A DNA stretch of 63,231 nucleotides, the filler included, from Octopus bimaculoides (Eukaryota), in the NCBI RefSeq assembly GCF_001194135.2. It is 4 parts of 4 records of this genome, joined end to end, with 100 filler letters (N's around TTAATTAATTAA, not from the genome) between each part and the next. Parts side by side here need not be neighbours in the genome. Positions count along the whole stretch, not along the records: positions 1 to 30,333 come from NC_068985.1; positions 30,434 to 58,082 come from NC_068986.1; 2 more parts are not named here. One strand, given 5' to 3'. Shown here piece by piece: positions 25,230 through 38,113 of the stretch. The position numbers were made by a program, and so were the translations under genes. The notes under the pieces are model-generated. The model ran no database searches. It was not told the DNA's origin and saw only the letters and a program-made list of their open reading frames with translations. Every line of letters begins with the position of its first letter. The first letter of the stretch is position 1.

Positions 25230-25405
25230 GAAGAAGAAGAAGAAGAACAACAACAACAACAACATCGAAAAATACCTTAGAAATAATAATCCAGGTTCAA
25301 AATTTCCCCAAGACACCTGATGAAGGCTGGAGGGTATATCAGCCGAAACGTTGTGTTAACAACAATGATGAAGACAAATATCCATCAATTGTAAATAATG
25401 TAAAA
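25063..25405 (+). mobile_element. Composite SINE, called family D here: tRNA-like head + (AAT)n(AGA)n(ACA)n + hammerhead-containing tail
   Basis: A box TGGCGTAGTGG (25073-25083), B box AGTTCGATTCC (25117-25127), anticodon-like hairpin GGG-caactaa-CCC; microsatellite at about 25141-25263; hammerhead at 25312-25357. Confidence 0.8.
25312..25357 (+). ncRNA. Minimal type I hammerhead ribozyme motif (predicted to be dimer-dependent)
   Basis: GACAC-CUGAUGA-A-GGCUG-gaggguauau-CAGCC-GAAA-C-GUU-GUGUU. All conserved core bases present; stem I 5 bp (one G-U), stem II 5 bp; predicted cut after U25352. Confidence 0.8.
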
Positions 25406-27934
25406 ATTGAGTTAGTTAGTAGTTTATTGTATTTCATATTTACTCATGCAATACATGTATACGTACATGTGTGTGTGTGAGTGTGTATGTGTGTGTGTGT
25501 GTGTGTGCATGTGTGTGTGCATATACATACACATATATATTTATATGTATGCATATATATATGTGTATAATGCTTAATGCACATACAGCATTGACAGGAA
25601 AGATACTGAGGTTTTCGTCTGGGGAAATTTTTTTTATAGGGGTGACATGTTTAAGGTACAATATTACAATGTTTGCAGCCCCCGTTAATTGCATACACTG
25701 AATTTTTATTCATCTCGACAGCTATTCACAATTAGAGTGAATGCATTATTCACAATTTCCTAAATACCGGAGACGATAGATCTCGTCTAGGCATGTGACT
25801 GCGAATACTTATCACTGACAACCTTCAAGTAGGCAGAAAGAATATTACGAACACACACATACACACACACACACAGACTCGTGCATATATGCATGTGTAT
25901 GTATGTATGTACGTACCCACCTATCTACCTATACCCTTCTTATATATCTTCGATGTATTAAAGGTTGTGTCTGTCTGCATGTGTACATACGTGTGTTTGT
26001 CTTTATATGTCAGTGTGTGTAGGTAAGTCTGTGAGAGTATGCGTGTGTGGTGGATAGTTAAAAGTTTGCATTAAAGAAATAAAAAAGGTGCCACATTATA
26101 GGTCTGCTGTAAAAATATTAACAAAAACTATTTTATGAGCAAAATTGAACTGTAGTTTTTGCACAAGTTTTTGTGTGTTAACCAGAACTATACTCGTATA
26201 GGTGTTATAAAATTTGTTGTTTTGTTGCTTACTTGTTTCAGCCATTTTTTGTTGTTGAATTTTATATTCGTTGATTAAGTTAGCAATCTCTTAACAGCTG
26301 ATGCCATCATGAAATTTAGGACAATAAAGAATAAACAACATTTCTTCTCTAGAAGCAAAATAAAAATAGATTTGTTTCCTAGGTGAAATGTAATTTAATG
26401 TTTGTACTCTAACATAGAACGAAAAAAAATGTCAATGAATAGGTATTATTATTTCTTCTTCGTTTATCAGAAGTGGTATTCTTGTAGTACTAAATCACAT
26501 CATTTACATCTTTGTAGTCTTACAAGATTCTTTGCATGAAAAAAACTGATGTTTTATTCATCAGAAATGTCATCGATGCAACTGTCATTCAAAATATCGA
26601 AAAATATTTATTATATCTTCATCGTATTCTATTTAAATTTTGGCAAGAAGGTGGACAACCTAGTCAAGATAAATTAGTCTGTCACTTAGATTTTGAACTT
26701 ATTATTATCTTATTGGAATCATGATTGTACCCTGGAGTATTTTATTCTAAAATATGCTAATTGGTGATCTAGCCAATCTGAGAAGAGAAACTAAGATGTG
26801 CTGCTTTGAAGAAGTAGTTATGCGATGAGATACCAAAACGTTAGATCTTGGAGAACTAGTCATCGTGTGTTGTGAAATCTATAGCTGATACATTGGGCAA
26901 CGAATACACCTACTTAGAAAAGTAACAACAAATCCTAATTAACTTATAACATAAACTGCACTATAATTAGTTAAAAACGTAACCATAATATAAGTAAACA
27001 ATGCACTTCGTTATAATTAAGGCACAAGATAAACTACGTCATAAATAACATACTGGCATTTTCAACCAGAAAATATAGTACATTATAAAGCATCACGAAA
27101 TATATGTAGTTCTATAATTATAATTACATATAATCCACAAAATAAGTTACACTACAATTTACTCACAGTTCAAATTGCATTACAGTTAACTCTCAATATA
27201 TATTACATCCCACGTTACTAACAACATAAACCCAATCCATCAATCACAGTCCCTAGTCTAAGGAGGCCACAGATACACAGTACAACATTCAAACTCGCCC
27301 TCAAATCTTTTGTCTGTCATGAGCCAACCTTCTTTTTCCCACTCAGTTCCTTGATACTACTCAACCACCCACATTCGCAGTATTCCGACATTTGCTTTAC
27401 GAGAAAATTGTTCCTGTATGGCTATAAACGCCAAAGGAAGATTGTCATTTTATCGCGTTACATATACGCGTTAAATACACATTATTTTCATATTTTTTAC
27501 ATCGCTTTCTTGAGGTTGAATCACAGTGCCCATATTCCACAGGGCTTCCAAAAATGGTGGTATGAAAGGAAAATAATTATTCTCTGACCGGAGAATTGAA
27601 CCGATGACGTGTAACAGAATGCCTTTCACAAAAGACACCCAAAGCGAAAACAACTGGTGGAAAAGTTTTGTAGTTAGCAATTTTCTCAACAATCACTTCC
27701 TTAGTATGTTCGTTATTTTCATGTTCACTGCATACAGTACAATACCATAAAATATTTTCTTTATAATAAATTTCATGTCATTGAAATTGCTATGATCTTT
27801 CAATTACCTTCAGCATCAAAGTTCAATAATTCTCATCCACAATTTACAGTTAAAATCACCAGAGCTTTTGAAAAGGGTTTTTTTTTTAGATTCCTTCTAA
27901 TCATTGTATTTTCCCAAACATATGCAAAAAGATT

Positions 27935-28135
27935 ATAGTCACAAAGCCAGAAAGTTATGGGCGTATTAAGCGATTATAATAACTTTATACTTGACTTGCA
28001 TTTCATTTTATTTAAACTTGAAGGATGAAAAGCAAAGATGACCTTGGCAGGATATAAAATCGCACCGTAAAGAGCCATAACTATATGTCGTTTAATTTTT
28101 TCCTAACGCTCTAACGACTTTGTCACCTCAACTCT
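27935..28135 (-). mobile_element. Degenerate family-B SINE
   Basis: gaaggatgaaaagcaaagatgaccttggcagga...cgtaaagagcc...ctaacgac. Confidence 0.6.
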
Positions 28136-28330
28136 CTAATGTACTATTCCATAATTAACTGCATAAATTGAATTAAAATAAAGTCCACAATGAATAATCC
28201 ACAACTTTAAGTACAAGATAAATTACCCTACATCATAAAGTATGATACAAATAACTAAGAATTACAACACTAGTCTGCAAAAGAAATTGAATAATGATAT
28301 TGTATTCGCTTTCGCCTAAATTTCTTTTAT

Positions 28331-28366
<36 letters not shown>

Positions 28367-28973
28367 GTTGGATATTTTTGACTTATTTTGTGAATATTTA
28401 CATACTTATATGCGCACCCAAAAATTTTGAACACATTTTCGAAACATTTTTGTAAACTGGGAAATTAATTTGCAAGAAAAAAATTAAAGTCAAATACAAA
28501 ATGACAACACATTAAAGAGCAAGTGCATAATTTCTAGTATGCGGGAAAGATTAACAGCTTCACAAGCAACAACAGCTATTAAAACCTATAAAATGGTGGA
28601 AAATCAGTTGGCAATGTAACCTAACATAAAAAGATAATGCAGGTCAGGTATGTCAATAAATGTTTGCCTTCTTTGCTGACATATATCTGCTTATCAAAAT
28701 GAAAATGGGGCATTAGTAGTCTACTATCAGAAGACCATTTGAAAGAGATACTGGCTGATATATGATATATTGATTTCCATCAAACGGGAAAAGCTGTATG
28801 GTGCTGTATGTCGGGGATGCAAGGCAAGCTTGGCTGGTGTACAGCACACTAGTTAACCGAATCATAATGCAACACATGAAAAGCAGGGATAGATAAGTCA
28901 CACCGAGAGACATTTTTAGGGATATTGATCCTCAGCTTGTCACTGTGTTTGTAGTGGAGTACGAAATACTGTT

Positions 28974-29087
28974 ATTGCTGAGGTGACCAAGAATGGCATA
29001 TTCTATTTCGATGATCCAGTAGACTTGATATGTAATTGCTGAGGTGACCAAGAATGGCATATTCTATTTCGATGATCCCGTAGACTT
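28974..29087. repeat. 53-bp direct duplication (52/53 identical) with an 8-bp spacer
   Basis: attgctgaggtgaccaagaatggcatattctatttcgatgatcc(a/c)gtagactt at 28974-29026 and 29035-29087. Confidence 0.95.
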
Positions 29088-30039
29088 CTAAACCGTCCCG
29101 GAGTTGCTCCTGCCTGGCATTGCAGAAAGAAGAGTGATTCTATTGATAATGCTAGAGAAAATGTTCAGCTGTTAATTATTTTAAATTATGGGCCTCTTAG
29201 GGGCTTTTGGCGCTTAGAAAACGGGAAAGTGGAGGCGGTTAGAGAGTGGTGGAAAGCGGCATATCTGGCAAAAATAGCAGCACATTCCACAACTTATACG
29301 AGCTTACCGATACCATCAATGGTTGCATCTCCAGGAACACCAATCAAGTGTCGTATCATTTCCTTTGGATGTTGAGAAAATAGATAATTTGGAAAGATGA
29401 CAAATTTTCGATGAATCCTGGAAATACTAAAATGTCTGTAAAAGGCCCCAAAACATAAAAGTGTATCTTAAGAAACTGCAAGTGAAAATCACGTGGCGTG
29501 GTTTATTGTTACGTATTGTACGACATTTAGAGTTCTTCGTATAGCAAACCACCAATGAATTCATTATTTTAAATGACATAGAAAAAGACCTTCGAAGAAC
29601 ATCAGTTGTAGATTTGTGAGATGGGCTCCGGTTGCACGAAACATATAACCGATTGATGACTAAGAAGAGCTAAATTAGATTAATTGAACCGGTTTAGCTT
29701 AACGATCAAGAGGGCGTGCATTCTTTCTTACTATCACCAAACATGAGTCGTTTACGGGCATCATTTGTGGCTTTTATTTTGAGTAGCGATGTAGAGAGAA
29801 AAGCAGTTATGGTTTAGGTGCAACGTAATCAATCATAAGAGGCGTCCTCTTACTCGTTTTACATAGAAGTAGCTGAAATTATTGGGACTTGCTTGTGTGA
29901 TACACTTTCCTCGGGTTTCTTTTGTCAAAGTTTAAACGTTTCTTACGTACAGAGAGAAGTTACTTAAATTTAAAGATTCCTGAAAGAAAGCATAAATAAT
30001 TTCAAGAGAAAGAATCACAATATTTCATACGCATACAAT

Positions 30040-30245
30040 CTGGATTTCTGATTTAGGATTAAGAGCGAAATTCGAAAGTAGATGACAAATAGTCGATTAG
30101 TACTAAACTTGTATTTTATGTTCTCTGGTATAGTGGGATGGAAGGTAGATTTGACTCTGGCAAAGATTGAACTCTAAACTTAAAGAGCGGAATGAAATAT
30201 CGCAAAACATTTTTCCGACGCTTTAACGATTCTTTCAACTTGTGC
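30040..30245 (-). mobile_element. Degenerate family-B SINE
   Basis: gggatggaaggtagatttgactctggcaaagattgaactc...gaaatatcgcaaaacattttt...aacgattc. Confidence 0.55.
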
Positions 30246-30433
30246 CGTAGTAACATACTTCTGATATTGATTTAAAATTTTGTGCTGCGTGAGTGTGTAT
30301 GCGTCTGAATATATATATATATATATATATATANNNNNNNNNNNNNNNNNNNNNNNNNNNNNNNNNNNNNNNNNNNNTTAATTAATTAANNNNNNNNNNN
30401 NNNNNNNNNNNNNNNNNNNNNNNNNNNNNNNNN

Positions 30434-30465
<32 letters not shown>

Positions 30466-32128
30466 AATACTTAAACTGTTTTTAACATTTTCTTATTATT
30501 ATCAAAGAATGTATATATGTATTTTAATACTTTTGTGACAACCAGTACTTAACACAACAAAACTTATAAAAAGCATACAATAGTATAGGAAATACATTAA
30601 GTTCAAAACCGATTATTTTATAGTAATCTTTACTTTCCATCTAGATTTAAATAATACCTAACCTATTTGAAAGCTTAAAATCAGAAACAAAACACAAGTA
30701 TTCTCAGTTTTACAGGACATTCTTCATTCATGTAAAGATTCCATTTTAAACTTTAGCACTTTATGGATTTTTTTCATTCTTTATATAAGTGCTTATTGAA
30801 AACTGCAATCAACATATACCTTATTTTTCATTCTGTGGAATTTGGTGCTAGTCATATGAATGACGCTAACTGTGCAATGAATGGTTTTCAAATTATATAA
30901 GAAACACTACTGAAATTTTCAACATTTGAACATTTAAAATTATTGCAAGATAATATACTCCAAACTATAGTGGTAAAAACACTCTACTGGAATGTGCTAT
31001 ATAATAATCAATAAGATAATTCTATTTAACGAAGCTACTTCTTTTTTGCCAGTAGTGTATTAACATATAAAGCATTTCAAACTTTTCAAATTAAAATAAC
31101 TTATTTCTACATTATCTGCAGAGTTTGCTTTCCAAAAACAACTTTATGTCACTGTAAAAATTAAAAAGCATATATAGAATAAAACGAAATCACTTTAAAA
31201 ATAAAACATTAAGAAATATTATTTGATTCTCTATATGTTTCTGCTCTTTACAATTCGCAATAATGTTTGTTTAAAACCTAATATAGTTCTACTAAATATT
31301 TTACAACTTCGGATTAATATTTTAGTCAGTATCTAAGTTTATATTAGCTATATAGATACAAATATCTTAACACAAAATGAAGTTTTTCAATTAATATTAT
31401 TTGTAAGATTTGACTTTCCGAATGAATCCAAGATATGATCATTGTTTAGGCATTCAGAAACACAAGATTCATAACTAAAACTCCCCTGTGTCTAATTATA
31501 TTTATATAATAATAAATTAATGAGATAGGAACAGTAATAATTCCTTTCGAAAGCATTGCTTTAACTCTTCTTCCTAGAAATAGTGGTGTTAGTCAGTACC
31601 CTCTGTCAATTTTGTGACCTCTATTAACTTTACCTTTATGCTCAAATTGCTAATAAGCCAAACATTTAATTTGTTGTTCACACTTTTACCGTTTTGAAAA
31701 TCAGCAGGTTTTCAACGGTTTTCTTCTAAGACTGACAGTGGTAGTTGAGTTTAAAGCCCTAGGCGTTAAGAATCGCTGATGAGGATTAACATGATTTGCA
31801 TCAAAATCAGAAATCGTTGATCTGACAATGTACTCTGGTGTCTTACTTCCCTTTTTCAGTCATTAAGGTAATGCTTTGTGGCATTTGAGTTGTTTTAACT
31901 CTTCTTTCTAGGAATAGTGGTGCTACTCACTACTTCAAATACAAACAGAAACAGGTGTAAATGTTAGTTTAACCATAATTAAACTATGATCATTCAATAC
32001 TACTGATCAACCTCTAATTGCTACATGTTGCTCCATATCATTTCTTACTTTATTTGAATGTATTAAACCACGTTTTACACTTAAATTACCGACTACTGTT
32101 AATCTTACAGCAATGCCTATATATATAC

Positions 32129-32162
<34 letters not shown>

Positions 32163-32363
32163 TATACTGTCGGTCACTTCAGCAATGTACGTACACACGT
32201 GATGTTGGCGATTTCTTTGGACTTTTCCCTTTATTCTTTCCAATGAAGTGCTATGCTTGTATCGTCTTTTCACCGAACGTCAAGCTAATACATTCTTTGT
32301 GCACGTCCACTTGTTCGTTAATTTTATTAGTTCATTTGAATTGATTGTTTATTTGAATTAACT

Positions 32364-32404
<41 letters not shown>

Positions 32405-32411
32405 CATCTAT

Positions 32412-32450
<39 letters not shown>

Positions 32451-33754
32451 TATATATGCATAAAGGTATATTGTTGCAAATTTTCGTCCATGTGATATTA
32501 ATGTTTTTTTCCATCTGGAATAGAGCCACTCCTTTAACCTTGGTGTATATCTTGTCATCGTCGAAGAATTTATACGCTAGCAATGATGGCAATGTATGCA
32601 GAGGGGCAGAGATAGTTTTATCCATTTGGATTTACATCCGGTTTAGCAGAAATTTAGCTTCAAATTCGAGATAGAGACAGGGTTCGGAGGAAAATGGGTA
32701 ACAGGACAAAACGATTATTTTCTAATTTTTTGTTATTTTCCCCCGATCTGTTTGAAATCGTTACATTGCAAGTATTTCTCCATCCTTTTGTCCAGTTGCA
32801 TTATCTTTGAGAGTAGAAAATTGGTCAGCATAGTTGTTGTTGAAGTTGAAAGAGGTTGAAACAGTCAGGGGACAGGTACTTTTCTAACAAAAATATTTCC
32901 TCAACTTTGACCCGCTTGTAATTGAGGTTGCTAATAAAGTATCTGGATTATACTTAGCGTTTAATTATCGAAATTATTTTTTCTACTGGCTTCCAAGTCA
33001 ACTTTTTACTAGATTAATTTCTAATTTGATCATTTTCAATTTTCAAAAAAAATTTTTTTAAATGTCACAAATGGGGCAAAATGTGTAATTATTAATTTCA
33101 ATAATTTCTTCTCTTTAACTGCATGGTGCCTTAATATATCATTGAAAAGAGCCATTCCAGCAGATTCTGAAGAAGTTACAGATAATAATTTATGTTGAAT
33201 TCTTAGAGTTAGTCGAGTTCCGTTAATTTTATACTATGTGCCATTTTTACACGATCCCCTTTCAATTTGAACTAGATATTTGAAATTTTTACTGAGACAT
33301 CATTCCGATGTCTAATGATTTTTATTGATGTGTGTGAGTATTACCTCAAATGTAATTCTGGAGAACTGAAGAGGCAAATTTACCTTATTTTGTGACACTC
33401 ATTTTGCCCTAACCAAATTTGTCTTTTATATCCTCAAAGAGAACGGAGCTAAATTTCTGAAATAGTGTTCAAATTATGTTATAGAGTTTTTAATGCATTT
33501 AGAGGAGGTCATTGTTTAGCTGATACAGTTTATGTAAAGTAGTGAATATTTGTAAAAAAAATATATTTTCTCAAAATCAAAAACAATAAATCTTACACAT
33601 TCTGCTCCAACACATATAGTTACGTCTGTGGCAAGAGATTTCTTCTTATTGAACTGTGGAACAGTGTTAGCTATAGGCTGTGGTGAAGTTCTTCTTTCGT
33701 TTGTTGAGCTTGACGTTCACAATTAGCGCTAACGTTGTTGAACCTTTTGTCGTT

Positions 33755-34092
33755 GGCACTCCGTCGCTTACGACGTCGAGGGTTCCAGTTGATCCGATCA
33801 ACGGAACAGCCTGCTCGTGAAATTAACGTGCAAGTGGAGGGGCACTCCACAGACACGTATACCCTTAACGTAGTTCTCGGGGATATTCAGGTACAACAGA
33901 AACAGGAAGTAAGAGTGAGAGAAAGTTGTGGTGGAAGAGTACAGCAGGGTTCGCCACCATCTCCTGCTGGAGCGTCGTAGAGCTTTAGGTGTTCTCGCTC
34001 AATAAACACTCACAACGCCCGGTCTGGAATCGAAACCGCGATCCTATGACCACTAGTCCGCTGCCCTAACCACTGGGCCATTGCATCTCCAC
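33755..34092 (-). mobile_element. SINE with the family-C 3' tail but a different tRNA-like head and body (C2)
   Basis: 33755-33890 is nearly the same as the family-C tail. Head on the minus strand reads gtggagatgcaatggcccagtggttagggcagcggac...ggtttcgattcc (A and B boxes). Confidence 0.82.
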
Positions 34093-34589
34093 GTTGTTGT
34101 ACTTATTGCATTGTTAAAGACATTCTCGCTTCTACCGTTTGCGTTCCTGTTCGACATATTTGGTAAATCGACATTGTTGTTTTGGGGATACAACTATGTA
34201 NNNNNNNNNNNNNNNNNNNNNNNNNNNNNNNNNNNNNNNNNNNNNNNNNNNNNNNNNNNNNNNNNNNNNNNNNNNNNNNNNNNNNNNNNNNNNNNNNNNN
34301 NNNNNNNNNNNNNNNNNNNNNNNNNNNNNNNNNNNNNNNNNNNNNNNNNNNNNNNNNNNNNNNNNNNNNNNNNNNNNNNNNNNNNNNNNNNNNNNNNNNN
34401 NNNNNNNNNNNNNNNNNNNNNNNNNNNNNNNNNNNNNNNNNNNNNNNNNNNNNNNNNNNNNNNNNNNNNNNNNNNNNNNNNNNNNNNNNNNNNNNNNNNN
34501 NNNNNNNNNNNNNNNNNNNNNNNNNNNNNNNNNNNNNNNNNNNNNNNNNNNNNNNNNNNNNNNNNNNNNNNNNNNNNNNNNNNNNNNNC

Positions 34590-35462
34590 ACTAAAGCGGC
34601 TCTTTTTTCTTCAAAGCTTGGTTCAAACGCTTTAATTGCTGACAGTAGACTAGAGCATTGATTGTTGAATTAAGTAGTAACAATTCAAAGTGAATTACTC
34701 CTCTGCAATCCCACCAGATAGAGAGAAGAGCCTTTTTCCCATGAAGCTCCCTTCTCGGTTGTGGTTGAGCTTTTTCCCTTTTACCAAACCACTGTTTACG
34801 ACGTTCAACATTTCGATAGAAGATCCATTTTTCGTTACCAGTCACAAGTTTATCCAAAAAGGGTGAAATCAGTTCGCGAAAATGGAGAGAAGAGTAGATG
34901 TCAACTCGAGATTTTCAGTTGCTTTCGGACAATTCATGAGGCACACATTCTACAAGTTAGGAACCTTTCCAAGCTGTTGAAGATGACAATGAACAGTTGT
35001 ATGGTTTGAACTAAGCTTTATTGCCAATTCTTTAACTGATAATTCAAGATTTTCTTCAAGTAATGCCTCAAGGAGTTTATCACCAAACTCAACCGGACGT
35101 CCTGTTCGATATTCATCTTCAAGGCTGAAATCTCCACTTCTGAATTTTGCAAACCATCTTCTGTAAGATTTTTCATTCAAGAATTCTTTCCCATAAAATG
35201 AGTGTATGTTTTGAGTCGCTTCGGCTGCAGAGTTTCCTTTTTGTACTCATAAAGCATTATGTGCTTCAAATGCTCTTTGGATACTTCCATGTTAGAAAAG
35301 GTTTTAATCAAAGAAATTTTAATTTTATTATTCTGTAAAATAATATTTAATTAGTTTAAATGTACACAAATGCATAAAAATAATTCTAATTCCATTAGAC
35401 ATTCTAAAATATTATTAAATTTCATTCAATTTTAAAAAAGATAAAATCGGACAGAACTTATG
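34590..35462 (-). mobile_element. Mariner transposon, 5' portion, flanked by assembly gaps
   Basis: ATG at 35290 MEVSKEHLKHIMLYEY..., RRWFAKFRSGDFSLEDE..TGRP, VTGNEKWIFY, KKALLSIWWDCRGVIHFELL; frameshifts present. Confidence 0.88.
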
Positions 35463-36428
35463 NNNNNNNNNNNNNNNNNNNNNNNNNNNNNNNNNNNNNN
35501 NNNNNNNNNNNNNNNNNNNNNNNNNNNNNNNNNNNNNNNNNNNNNNNNNNNNNNNNNNNNNNNNNNNNNNNNNNNNNNNNNNNNNNNNNNNNNNNNNNNN
35601 NNNNNNNNNNNNNNNNNNNNNNNNNNNNNNNNNNNNNNNNNNNNNNNNNNNNNNNNNNNNNNNNNNNNNNNNNNNNNNNNNNNNNNNNNNNNNNNNNNNN
35701 NNNNNNNNNNNNNNNNNNNNNNNNNNNNNNNNNNNNNNNNNNNNNNNNNNNNNNNNNNNNNNNNNNNNNNNNNNNNNNNNNNNNNNNNNNNNNNNNNNNN
35801 NNNNNNNNNNNNNNNNNNNNNNNNNNNNNNNNNNNNNNNNNNNNNNNNNNNNNNNNNNNNNNNNNNNNNNNNNNNNNNNNNNNNNNNNNNNNNNNNNNNN
35901 NNNNNNNNNNNNNNNNNNNNNNNNNNNNNNNNNNNNNNNNNNNNNNNNNNNNNNNNNNNNNNNNNNNNNNNNNNNNNNNNNNNNNNNNNNNNNNNNNNNN
36001 NNNNNNNNNNNNNNNNNNNNNNNNNNNNNNNNNNNNNNNNNNNNNNNNNNNNNNNNNNNNNNNNNNNNNNNNNNNNNNNNNNNNNNNNNNNNNNNNNNNN
36101 NNNNNNNNNNNNNNNNNNNNNNNNNNNNNNNNNNNNNNNNNNNNNNNNNNNNNNNNNNNNNNNNNNNNNNNNNNNNNNNNNNNNNNNNNNNNNNNNNNNN
36201 NNNNNNNNNNNNNNNNNNNNNNNNNNNNNNNNNNNNNNNNNNNNNNNNNNNNNNNNNNNNNNNNNNNNNNNNNNNNNNNNNNNNNNNNNNNNNNNNNNNN
36301 NNNNNNNNNNNNNNNNNNNNNNNNNNNNNNNNNNNNNNNNNNNNNNNNNNNNNNNNNNNNNNNNNNNNNNNNNNNNNNNNNNNNNNNNNNNNTGGTCATT
36401 CTGAATATGTTTACTAAAATATTGAGTA

Positions 36429-36770
36429 TTACTCTTTTACTGTTTCAGTCATTTGACTGCGGCCATGCTGGAGCACCACCTTTAGTCGAACCGCTAAGTT
36501 ACGGGGACGTAAACACACCATCATCGGTTGTCAAGCGATGTTCGGGGGACAAACACAGACATACAAACATATACACACATATACATATATATACGACAGG
36601 CTTCTTTCAGTTTCCGTCTACCAAATCCACTCACAAGGCTTTGGTCGGCCCGAGGCTATAGTAGAAGATACTTACCTAAAGTGCCACGCAGTGGGAATGA
36701 ACCCGGAACCATGTGGTTGGTAAGCAAGCTACTTAAGCAAGCTACTTACCACACAGCCACTCCTGCGCCT
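36429..36770 (-). mobile_element. Family-A SINE, internally deleted, with a 13-nt local duplication
   Basis: Head ...ccacacagccactcctgcgcct; taagcaagctact duplicated at about 36721-36747. Confidence 0.9.
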
Positions 36771-37469
36771 ATTAGAGACGAATCCCAATTAACAATACGA
36801 AGTTTATTTTTTAGAGAAGAAAAACTTCCAAAATTTATTGCATGTATGGTTGTTCATGTTCAAATGAAATTTAAAGGATATTAAATTTCACATTTTCATC
36901 TTAATATATTGAGAAAACATTGTTTCGATTCGTCTGACAATAGAATATGTATATGTTGAAGGGATATCTTTCAGGATTCATAAATACGCAAAAAAAAAAG
37001 TCTAGGTGTATGTTGAGGTCTGGAGTTTTTACCACAAATATTCCCCGATTCCGGATCAATGAAACACTGATTACGGATAAAATACGATAAAAAGGAATTT
37101 CCGCATTTCATTGATCTAGAGACTAGCGATGACCTTCAAGATTACCATCAAAATAATATATTACATTTCATTTGATTTGTTTTTTTTCTTTTGTTTTTTT
37201 TGGGGGGAAAGAATTTCTACAGCGTCGCACTTCCGGGACGTGAGTACAAACATAATAGCACAACATTTTTGGGAAGTCATTTTCTGTAATGGTATCAGAA
37301 GTTTTGTACGTTTCGTTTCTTTCTTTGTTTTCTCTTTATATGTAAATTTGATTCATGAGGTATTTTTTTTTTTTTTGTATTTTGTCCATATAAGTTTCTG
37401 TTCAGTCTATTTCAATCACTTCTAATACTATATCTAACTTGACATTAGTGGTATTAATGGATTTTTTGT

Positions 37470-38040
37470 CAGCAGATTTGACATAGTGCATATTATTAAC
37501 TCCAATCTCATATCAATTCCTCTAGTACACCAGTATCACACCTGTGGTTTTTCTAGCGCTTTACCATCTAATGTTTACAACTTGAGGTGGTCTAGACGAG
37601 AGAAGAATACACCTACATATCTTCCCATATAATTTGTCTCCAACTTCAGTTTTATGTAGGATGCTGCCTATAGATTGTTTGTGTCAGGCCGTAAGGGGGT
37701 GGGGGAAAGGAAGTCCTCTTCGAATATCCTTTATTAACAGAGTAATATACAATGGGTAGTTTAGAAGAGATTAGATTTATTTTTTTCCCTCTTTTGTCAG
37801 AAAATGCAAAATTGTTTGCCAGAAATTGCATCTAATATATGCATATGTATATTACTGGCAATGCCTACTCGTGGTAAACTTGTCCAGGTTCCATGTGATG
37901 GCAACAGTGTTAAAAGCATTCTTGTAGTAAATCCATACCGTTCATAAGCCCTTATTAATCTTTCTGTAGACTTCGGCTATAGATTTGTTGTTCAGAAATA
38001 GAGGTTTACTGTAATATAAGTCTGTAGTAAACCTTTTTCC
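37470..38040 (-). mobile_element. Ancient R4/Dong-like RT relic
   Basis: Minus-strand fragments LFLNNKSIAEV, TVWIYYKNAFNTV and KDIRRG, in RT order. Confidence 0.45.
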
Positions 38041-38061
38041 ACCGTGAATTTTTTAAACCAT

Positions 38062-38113
<52 letters not shown>

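Noticed and set aside
28974-29087. Direct repeats with a spacer as a possible CRISPR-like array
   Set aside because: Only two 53-bp units with an 8-bp spacer, in eukaryotic DNA with no cas genes.
30378-30389. Palindrome TTAATTAATTAA isolated in the middle of N runs (also 58127-58138 and 62152-62163)
   Set aside because: Identical 12-mer with stop codons in all six frames, centred in N padding of similar length three times: an artificial assembly spacer, not biology.
31775-31830. CTGATGA...GAAA spacing
   Set aside because: No stem II adjoining both core halves and no stem I partner; chance match.
32668-33620. Possible roughly 950-bp non-autonomous DNA transposon with weak terminal similarity
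   Set aside because: ITR match too degenerate and no clear TSD by eye.
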